IMG/VR virus record: IMGVR_UViG_3300020432_000016
Location: 1-40,027 of that record
Length of the DNA stretch: 40,027 nucleotides
Source of the DNA: a virus
Lineage: Duplodnaviria; Caudoviricetes
Reading direction: 5' to 3' (one strand)
The position numbers and the translations under genes are program-made. The notes under the pieces were generated by a model that saw nothing but the letters and a program-made list of their open reading frames with translations, searched no databases and had not been told where the DNA came from. Positions 1 to 6,369 of this stretch are shown in pieces; within the stretch, counting starts at the first letter, position 1, and each line of letters starts with the position of its first letter.

Positions 1-268
1 ATTTGCCGTGATTAGAATGCCCTGTTGAATACCTCCCCGCCCAGAATCTAGGCAAAAATTGGGGTTAGAAGTCTCCCCTGCGACTCGTGAGACTAGGACC
101 CGAGACTGGCAAGAAATTTGTAATATTTATTGACAATGTGAGACTAACGAGATTTTAAGAATTATTAAGTTTTGTAATCTCAGAATGAGACAGCCGAGAT
201 CGATTGTGAGACAATGTCAATAGGTATTAATGCCTAAAAATTAAGGGGCGAAGATTGCCCTTTTAAAA

Positions 269-295
269 AGTAGTTGAGAATTATTCTCAAGTACT
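269..295. promoter_or_regulatory. Palindromic operator-like site AGTAGTTGAGAAT-T-ATTCTCAAGTACT (Fur-box-like core), copy 1
   Basis: Perfect 8-1-8 core at 274-290, extending to 13-1-13 with one mismatch; near-identical copy at 5525-5551. Confidence 0.6.
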
Positions 296-481
296 CAGTC
301 TTAGCCTAATTTACAAAAATTAATGATACAAATTAAAAGAATGTAAACACTTAGACAGTTTCTCGGTTTGAGTATTCGCGATTTTTGATATAAACAATTG
401 GCCCGGCTTGATTGTTTACCCTAAAAAGCCGCCTTAAAACTATATGTCCGCAAGTCTTCTGCGGTTTAGTTCTTAATACTT

Positions 482-823
482 ACGCCAAATCCCTTGCGCG
501 GCAATGGATCTCAGCCGCGGGAATCGATGGCAAGCGATGGCCACGGATCGGCGCGATTATTCCGCGAAATCCCAGTCACAGACAAGGATCCGGGCGATGC
601 GATTTCTGATCGATATTTGGCACGCCAAATCCCTTGCGCGGCAATGGATCTCAGCCGCGGGAATCGATGGCAAGCGATGGCCACGGATCGGCGCGATTAT
701 TCCGCGAAATCCCAGTCACAGACAAGGATCCGGGCGATGCGATTTCTGATCGATATTTGGCACGCCAAATCCCTTGCGCGGCAATGGATCTCAGCCGCGG
801 GAATCGATGGCAATCGATGGCCA
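482..823. repeat. 140-bp tandem repeat, about 2.4 copies, non-coding
   Basis: ACGCCAAATCCCTTGCGCGG starts at 482, 622 and 762; first two units look identical, third is partial; period is not a multiple of 3. Confidence 0.95.
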
Positions 824-828
824 GGCAC

Positions 829-852
829 AAAAAAAAGGGGCCTAAGCCCCTT
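829..852 (-). terminator. Intrinsic terminator
   Basis: Minus strand AAGGGGC-TTAG-GCCCCTT with a T8 tract, just after the stop of 857..1009. Confidence 0.85.
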
Positions 853-856
853 GTGA

Positions 857-1009
857 TTAGTCGACCCAGCGGCTCCAATCCTTAAGCCTTTCTTCTGTTT
901 CTTTCTCCTCTGAGCGACGCCCGAGAATTTCAGAGCAGCGATCAAGGGAGGCGCCTACAGAATCAAGTTGGGCCTTGAATTCAGCGGAGAGGCGGCGGCG
1001 GTTGGCCAT
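857..1009 (-). CDS. Small charged helical protein, 50 aa (MANRRRLSAEF...)
   Basis: ATG at 1009 with CAATCGCAC 8 nt upstream and a TACCAT -10-like hexamer; followed by a terminator. Confidence 0.7.
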   Translation of the reverse strand: MANRRRLSAEFKAQLDSVGASLDRCSEILGRRSEEKETEERLKDWSRWVD

Positions 1010-1180
1010 TGTCGTCTGTGCGATTGACTCCCTAATGGTAGCGATTCTGTGCACCGTTTACGGTGGCGTTGATAATTCTTAACATTCTCGCATCGGCCTC
1101 CAGGAGCCCCGGGAAGGGCCCTCCATCACAGGCTAGGCGGGTCACCCCTAGGCGATCCCTGGCCACTGGCAGCGGCGGCG

Positions 1181-1208
1181 TTGCGTGCACCGTATGGCGT
1201 GATATAAT
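1181..1208 (+). promoter_or_regulatory. Sigma-70-type promoter with extended -10
   Basis: TTGCGT-N16-TATAAT with TGn immediately upstream of the -10. Confidence 0.75.
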
Positions 1209-1250
1209 GGGGGAGCCTCAGAGATGAGGCGCCAATCGCACCTAAAAAAC

Positions 1251-1391
1251 ATGGGAAGAATCACCGAGCGCTTACGCGCTGAGCTCGAGAAGATGAAGGC
1301 CGCCGATCTTAAGCATCAGCAACTGATTGAGGCTTACTTAGCAGAAACGGCCGACAGATTACGAGAGCTAGAAAAACTCTCGCGCAAGTGA
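1251..1391 (+). CDS. Small coiled-coil-like protein, 46 aa (MGRITERLRAELEKMKAADLKHQQLIEAYLAETADRLRELEKLSRK); not in the ORF track
   Basis: Manual translation; sits between promoter/leader and terminators; same MGRI start as 1785..1943. Confidence 0.8.
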   Translation: MGRITERLRAELEKMKAADLKHQQLIEAYLAETADRLRELEKLSRK

Positions 1392-1403
1392 GACGACATC
1401 AAC

Positions 1404-1493
1404 AAAGGGGAGCAATCGCTCCCTTTTTTTTGTTGTTAACCGTTCGCCGGTTAAGTGTTCACCAGCTGCGGCCCAATTTGGGCCGCTTTTTTT
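1404..1493 (+). terminator. Two tandem intrinsic terminators
   Basis: GGGAGC-AATC-GCTCCC-T8 and GCGGCCC-AATTT-GGGCCGC-T7. Confidence 0.9.
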
Positions 1494-1714
1494 GTGCCTA
1501 CCGTTCGCGGGTTAGTTGTTAGTTTCCCCGCCTTAAAACCGGTAAATAACTTTATGCCCGCGAGTCTCCGGTGATATCAACCGAGCTCCTTCTACGGTGC
1601 CCTTAGCATCTCTTCACATTCTCGCATCGGCCCCTGGGAGCCCCTGCAAGGGCCCTCCCGCGCTGCCGGGGTGGGTCACCCCTAGGCGATCCCTGGCCAC
1701 TGGCAGCGGCGGCG

Positions 1715-1742
1715 TTGCGTGCACCGTATGGCGTGGTATCAT
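1715..1742 (+). promoter_or_regulatory. Sigma-70-type promoter with extended -10
   Basis: TTGCGT-N16-TATCAT with TGn upstream; paralogue of 1181-1208. Confidence 0.7.
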
Positions 1743-1784
1743 GGGGGAGCCTCAGCAATGAGGCGCCAATCGCACCTAGAAACC

Positions 1785-1943
1785 ATGGGAAGAATCGCCG
1801 ACGCTATGCGGGCCAATCTGGACCGGATCCGCGAACTTGATCAGCGCCAAGAGGAACTTATAAACAAGTTACTCGATACGACGCAACGATTGATCGACGA
1901 GGCAAACATCGAAATTTCAAAACTTGACCGTTTCGATGATTGA
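1785..1943 (+). CDS. Small coiled-coil-like protein, 52 aa (MGRIADAMRANLDR...)
   Basis: Start re-called to ATG 1785 from promoter position, leader motif and parallel with 1251. Confidence 0.8.
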   Translation: MGRIADAMRANLDRIRELDQRQEELINKLLDTTQRLIDEANIEISKLDRFDD

Positions 1944-1948
1944 GAACG

Positions 1949-2034
1949 GGGGAGCAATTGCTCCCCTTTTTTATTGCTTACCGTTCGCCGGTTAAGTGTT
2001 CACCAACTGCGGCCCAATTTGGGCCGCTTTTTTT
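1949..2034 (+). terminator. Two tandem intrinsic terminators
   Basis: GGGGAGC-AATT-GCTCCCC-T6 and GCGGCCC-AATTT-GGGCCGC-T7. Confidence 0.9.
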
Positions 2035-2107
2035 GTGCCTACTGTTGCCGGCTTGAGTAATACAGAAACAGCCCATAAGAGGGTGTTAATCCATGAGCCC
2101 ACGAGTC

Positions 2108-2869
2108 CTAAGCGGCCAAGGTCTCAAGCGCCGAATCCACGCGGCGACGGCTTGCGCCGTGAGCTTTAAAGGCAATGATAAGCCGGGGATCCGAGCCCCC
2201 CCCGCGGCCGCGGCAGCACATCAAACAAGTTGCGCAGCTTGCGCCGTCTGTCGTCTGAGCAGGGCAGACCATCACAGGGTGGCCATCAGGGCTCCGCCAA
2301 TGGGTGCGCTGCTCATCGCTGGGAACCACCACCACAGCAGGCAAGCCAGCCCTGATCATTGCGTCAGCCTGCCCCAAGGTTTCACAACTGGCATTGACGC
2401 TGACACCTTGCCGGTTGAGCGTTCGCAGGATTTCTAAGTTTTCCCCGAGCTCCGGCCGGTGGTGCGAGTAGCCCCAAACCTTTAGACCTTTGGCCGCTTT
2501 AGCCAGGCCACGAGCAAACGTTCGACTGATGCGGCCCTGCAGATTGGCCGGGAGGTCGCCAGCTTGGAAAATACGCAGCAATGAGCCGGCAGGCAGCGCG
2601 GCAATCTGTTGCAAGTGTTCCGCGTAAAGGCTGCCACGATCGCCGGAGCTCACCGCGTCCCAGTGATGCCGCATGGGGTGGTTTTCCGCGTAACATCCGC
2701 CGCCGTTTTCTTTTTTGTGTGGACATTCAGCCGGGCAAGTTGAACGGCTTGATGTGGTCGCATAGACCACAGGCCGAACATCTGGCCCCGTTTGTGGTTT
2801 CTTTCCGGTTAATTTCTGATTTTTTGTTTGCGCCAAATGGAAAGAATGACGCGCTAAATCATTGGCCAT
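2108..2869 (-). CDS. Cysteine-rich phage protein (GP88-like), possible Fe-S/metal binding
   Basis: Motifs TCPAECP..GCYAE, LRIFQAGDL, WGYSH and C-terminal CP..CATCLMC; leader motif 11 nt upstream. Confidence 0.6.
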   Translation of the reverse strand: MANDLARHSFHLAQTKNQKLTGKKPQTGPDVRPVVYATTSSRSTCPAECPHKKENGGGCYAENHPMRHHWDAVSSGDRGSLYAEHLQQIAALPAGSLLRIFQAGDLPANLQGRISRTFARGLAKAAKGLKVWGYSHHRPELGENLEILRTLNRQGVSVNASCETLGQADAMIRAGLPAVVVVPSDEQRTHWRSPDGHPVMVCPAQTTDGASCATCLMCCRGRGGGSDPRLIIAFKAHGASRRRVDSALETLAA

Positions 2870-2927
2870 TTTTAAAAATTGTGCGATTGGTTGACCATCC
2901 GCCTCATGAGTGATAGAGCGAACGGTT

Positions 2928-2952
2928 AAAAAAAGGGCCGTTAAATCAGCCC
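2928..2952 (-). terminator. Intrinsic terminator overlapping the stop of 2941..3291
   Basis: Minus strand GGGCTG-ATTTAA-CGGCCC-T7. Confidence 0.75.
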
Positions 2953-3291
2953 CAAAAGTGTCAGCCAGCTGTCCTGATCGTCTGGCTCAACTGTTGACCC
3001 GTCCGGCGTTTCTGCTATGCCGTCAAACGTCCAACGCATCAAATCATCATGCGAGGGGATGACATGCCAAGCCTGGGACCAATAAAGGCGGCGAACTTTA
3101 AAAGGACCGAACGCGGCCAAATCGCCGCTAGTCAATAACAGCCCGCCGGTCTCGGGATCTTTCCACCTTTTGCGTCCATATGGACTCCGGCAGATGACAA
3201 CCTGACCGCCGCGCTTCATCAAGGTGAGCGGGATTTCTGGCTGCTCTAGGGCGATTGCTTCCCAGTGTGGGGTGCTGAATTTTCCTGCCAC
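2941..3291 (-). CDS. Hypothetical protein, 116 aa
   Basis: Tightly packed with 3295..3639; protein-like C-terminus ETPDGSTVEPD..SWL..LGLI. Confidence 0.75.
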   Translation of the reverse strand: MAGKFSTPHWEAIALEQPEIPLTLMKRGGQVVICRSPYGRKRWKDPETGGLLLTSGDLAAFGPFKVRRLYWSQAWHVIPSHDDLMRWTFDGIAETPDGSTVEPDDQDSWLTLLGLI

Positions 3292-3294
3292 TGG

Positions 3295-3639
3295 TCAGCC
3301 CTCACCATGGAGAAGGTGGCCTAGGCCGGCGTCTCGCCATTGCTGCGCCCGTTCGGGTTTAAGTCCTGGGTCGATTCTCAGCCGGCCGCCTTGCTGCTGA
3401 TGCCAAGTGGCGATCCTTTCAACTTCCGCCCGGAAGGATTCGGCATCGCTGCACGTCTGGGCGGTTATGTCGCCTTCGCAAAAGCTGATCAGCTTTCTGT
3501 GCACAGGGTGAGCCCAAAGGCCAAACCATGAGGCGTCAGATTCGGTGTCAAGTTGAGACCAGCCGGCCGGGATCAGTTGATTGTCAAAGTCGAAACGCAC
3601 CGCTTCGGCGCAGAATTCCCTTGTGATTGTTACGGTCAC
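3295..3639 (-). CDS. Hypothetical protein, 114 aa
   Basis: 3-nt gaps to both neighbours; GWSQLDTESDASWFGLWAHP..FCEGD motif. Confidence 0.75.
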   Translation of the reverse strand: MTVTITREFCAEAVRFDFDNQLIPAGWSQLDTESDASWFGLWAHPVHRKLISFCEGDITAQTCSDAESFRAEVERIATWHQQQGGRLRIDPGLKPERAQQWRDAGLGHLLHGEG

Positions 3640-3642
3640 AGC

Positions 3643-3837
3643 TCAGGCCCCCATGGCGTCATCTAGCGCCGCAGCGGCGGCAACGGTCAGCGATGCGCCG
3701 GATGTTGCGGCCAGGAGAACCCAAGCCGGGGAGAGGTGCCACGCAGTGGCGCGGTCGTTCTTGGCAAGGTCGCCGGCAAAGACTGCGCCGGCTGCGCAGG
3801 CGACCCCTAGGGCTGCAAAAAAGAGTTTTGAAAACAT
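3643..3837 (-). CDS. Small membrane protein, 64 aa
   Basis: Two hydrophobic segments; first gene of a three-gene operon, leader motif 10 nt upstream. Confidence 0.7.
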   Translation of the reverse strand: MFSKLFFAALGVACAAGAVFAGDLAKNDRATAWHLSPAWVLLAATSGASLTVAAAAALDDAMGA

Positions 3838-3888
3838 TTGAGAGGGTGTGCGATTGGTGGCGCCTATTGAACGTTGGCGCCTATTGAG

Positions 3889-3916
3889 AGACTAGCCAGG
3901 GATCGGCACTCTTCAA
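3889..3916 (-). promoter_or_regulatory. Candidate promoter for the 3837 operon
   Basis: Minus strand TTGAAG-N16-TAGTCT; spacer contains CGATCCCTGGC, also present upstream of the cassette promoters. Confidence 0.45.
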
Positions 3917-4190
3917 AGTGCACCGCTGAGTTGTTGTTTTTTCTTCACAATCCCCGCGGGTCTTCCCGAGATCCTCGCCGCGCTATTGGGGCCGTCCCGG
4001 GATTTTTCCTTGCCCATGAGAAGCCGGGGCAGTACGAAAAACTGCTCAGCGTGAAAAAACGCCTCTCGAAAATTTGGCAAGTAAAAATTTCGCTTGTATA
4101 TAAAAATCGAAACGCGAAAAAATCAGCTAAGCGAGAGGCCCTCCCGGTTTTTTCCTTGCTTTGTGTTGCTTTTCTCCAGAATTAGCTCTT

Positions 4191-4454
4191 CTACTCCTGG
4201 ACGTAGTAAGCCGAAGCCTGATTGACGGATCCTTGAATTACGGTATCGATGTGAATGGTGTTCCCAACATCCTCAAAAATACGCTTTAGGATGTCAGGGT
4301 CTTCTACGTTTCGTTGACAGTCAGATTCGCGATCCTCGGCTTTCAAAATACAATCGTTCTTAGTGTAAATCCACGCCGCACAGTGTGCGTTTTCGCCCTG
4401 TTCCTCAATCAGTCGGCTCACTACGTTCTGGAGTTGGTCTAGAGTGTACTTCAT
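4191..4454 (-). CDS. Hypothetical protein, 87 aa
   Basis: ATG-initiated ORF with AT-rich upstream region and plausible composition. Confidence 0.7.
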   Translation of the reverse strand: MKYTLDQLQNVVSRLIEEQGENAHCAAWIYTKNDCILKAEDRESDCQRNVEDPDILKRIFEDVGNTIHIDTVIQGSVNQASAYYVQE

Positions 4455-4629
4455 AATCAGTTTTTAAAAAGTTGGAAATTAAAATTAACGGCTAGGGAAA
4501 TCCCTTAAGCGATCAACAGGCAGGCGCCAAAAGCTCAATCAGGGGCACCGGATCAGCCTCTAATGAGCTCAAAACGCATGCCAGCACTAGACAAGCCAGC
4601 TAACTTAACAAAAATTAAGTAATGAGCGA

Positions 4630-5184
4630 TTAACAGGCAGGAGCCAGAAGCTCAATCAGTTGGGCCTTTCTTGCGCTGCGCACTTGCTGACTAGAAAATC
4701 CACGGCGACGAGCCAAGGAGCGCAGAGCAGCGACGGTACGCGGCAGAGGCTCCACAACGGCCGGCAGAGGGGCAGCGGTGGGCTTGGGATCGTTGCGCGT
4801 GATCCACGCGGCAAAGCGGGCGCCTAGGGCCGCGCTAGCGGTGATCACTAGGCGACGGGCAAACAATAGCGCGGCCACGGCGAAAATGACAACGGCCACG
4901 GCTACCCTCGCCACGGTTGGCCAGTGAATACGACGCCAAACGGCGCGGCAAGCTTTCAAGGTCAACAGCAGCAAAGGAAGCAGATCACGGCGCCAAATCT
5001 GACCGCATAGGCGGCCGGCTTGATATGTCGCAACGGCGGCGGCATAGGTGGCGCGGATGATTCGCGCCAAAGTGTCGAGAGCCCAAAGGATGGCGCCGGC
5101 AGTGAAGAGGTCACCAGCGACGGCCCATAGGCGAGCAATGGCGGCTAAGAGGTGAGCCGCGGCACCGATTTCTAAAGGGTGCAT
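4630..5184 (-). CDS. Membrane protein with C-terminal Rho_N/HeH-like helical domain, 184 aa
   Basis: Start re-called to ATG 5184 (leader motif 10 nt upstream); hydrophobic helices; C-terminal TVAALRSLARRRG..RKAQLIELL. Confidence 0.65.
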   Translation of the reverse strand: MHPLEIGAAAHLLAAIARLWAVAGDLFTAGAILWALDTLARIIRATYAAAVATYQAGRLCGQIWRRDLLPLLLLTLKACRAVWRRIHWPTVARVAVAVVIFAVAALLFARRLVITASAALGARFAAWITRNDPKPTAAPLPAVVEPLPRTVAALRSLARRRGFSSQQVRSARKAQLIELLAPAC

Positions 5185-5286
5185 GGGGAGGGGTGTGCGA
5201 TTGGTTCGCCCCGCGCCGCATCGATTCCAGCGGCAGCAGGGCAGGCGGCACCCCTTTGGAGATCCGGTTTTCAATGTTCCCCCAAA

Positions 5287-5295
5287 TTGTACACA
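5287..5295 (-). promoter_or_regulatory. Extended -10-like element
   Basis: Minus strand TGTG-TACAAT-TTGGGGGA, similar to TATAAT-GGGGGA in the cassette promoters. Confidence 0.5.
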
Positions 5296-5524
5296 CTGCG
5301 CGGGGCATTGCCGGCACCCTTAATGATCTCTACAGATTCTGAGACTGCCGCAGCCTAGGACGCTTTGCCCCGCCGGGGCATTGCCCGGCATTCGCCAGTG
5401 GGGGCACCTTGTGAGAGCCCGGGGACCGATTAACTGGGAGTTTGTATCACAAACTGGGCCGCCCTATTGTTTATAATATTAAGTTTTGTAAATATCATTA
5501 AGTTTTGTAATTGCATGAGACCAG

Positions 5525-5551
5525 AGTAATTGAGAATTATTCTCAAGTACT
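5525..5551. promoter_or_regulatory. Palindromic operator-like site, copy 2
   Basis: AGTAATTGAGAATTATTCTCAAGTACT, 26/27 identical to 269-295. Confidence 0.6.
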
Positions 5552-5718
5552 TTTTCCGTACAGGTGATCATATAACACTTACCCAAAAATCAGAAACCCA
5601 AAAAAAATTCCCCCCGCCTACTGGACGATCGGTCATAATGAACGCTAGAAAGCCCTATTAAAACCGCCCCCCCGCGAGTCTTCGGCCTTTTTAAAACCGA
5701 CCCCCTGCGAGTCTCAGC

Positions 5719-6369
5719 ATGCATGACGCCAAGCTGGTCCACTGCACAGTAAATGCAGAAGAGCTAATCGTCGACATGGCGCGGGTTTCAAACCCATCCA
5801 ATCAGGGGCACCCAGAAAGTGCTCCAAGGCTCTTGAGGTTCCTCTTGCGCATGGGGCACTGGAGCCCATTTGAGATGGCGTCAATGGCTGTTGAGATCAG
5901 GACCACACGCTCAATCAGCCCACAGATCCTCCGGCATGGCAAGGGTTTCTCGTTTCAGGAATTCTCACAGCGCTACAGCAACGTCAATCAGTTAGAGCTG
6001 ATCACACCGTTCCATTTGCGGTCCCAAGATTCAAAAAACAAGCAGGCCAGTCACGACGACCTGCCCGATTGGAAAGTTGACCGACTTACAAGAATGATCG
6101 AAAAGCATTTATGGGATGCACAAGAGCTTTACCAGCATCTGCTCGATGAAGGCGTAGCCAAGGAATGTGCAAGAGGAGTGCTCCCGCAATGTCAGCCAAC
6201 AAGACTGTTCATGCACGGCAATCTAAGATCTTGGATTCATTACCTTCAAGTGCGATGTGGCAAGGAGACTCAACTAGAGCATCGCAATATTGCCAACAGC
6301 ATCAAAGACATTTTTGCTGCGCAATTCCCCATTATCCATAAAGCAGCTTTTGAGCCGACTCCCACTTAG
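5719..6369 (+). CDS. thyX: FAD-dependent thymidylate synthase
   Basis: HWSPFE, QILRH..FSFQEFSQRY ThyX motif, AKECARGVLP, GNLRSWIHY. Confidence 0.97.
   Translation: MHDAKLVHCTVNAEELIVDMARVSNPSNQGHPESAPRLLRFLLRMGHWSPFEMASMAVEIRTTRSISPQILRHGKGFSFQEFSQRYSNVNQLELITPFHLRSQDSKNKQASHDDLPDWKVDRLTRMIEKHLWDAQELYQHLLDEGVAKECARGVLPQCQPTRLFMHGNLRSWIHYLQVRCGKETQLEHRNIANSIKDIFAAQFPIIHKAAFEPTPT

Larger units (their letters stand above)
1077..1508 (+). repeat. Expression cassette copy 1 (promoter, leader, small ORF, two terminators)
   Basis: 5' flank matches 1611-1800 at offset 534 (1139-1201 identical to 1673-1735); 3' flank 1407-1500 matches 1949-2041. Confidence 0.9.
1611..2050 (+). repeat. Expression cassette copy 2
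   Basis: Flanks match copy 1; ORF interior has diverged. Confidence 0.9.

Noticed and set aside
482-823. CRISPR array
   Set aside because: Units are contiguous and identical with no unique spacers; no cas operon
412-945. Overlapping ORFs across the 140-bp repeat
   Set aside because: The period is not a multiple of 3, so the same peptides recur in different frames; no translation signals seen
3862-3875. 14-mer GCCTATTGAACGTT shared with 17858-17871 (excisionase leader)
   Set aside because: A few shared 14-mers are expected by chance in 40 kb; both copies are in leaders, but two copies are not enough
3874-4185. 103-aa plus-strand ORF
   Set aside because: TTG start, opposes the local minus-strand genes, covers a promoter and A-tract region; likely spurious
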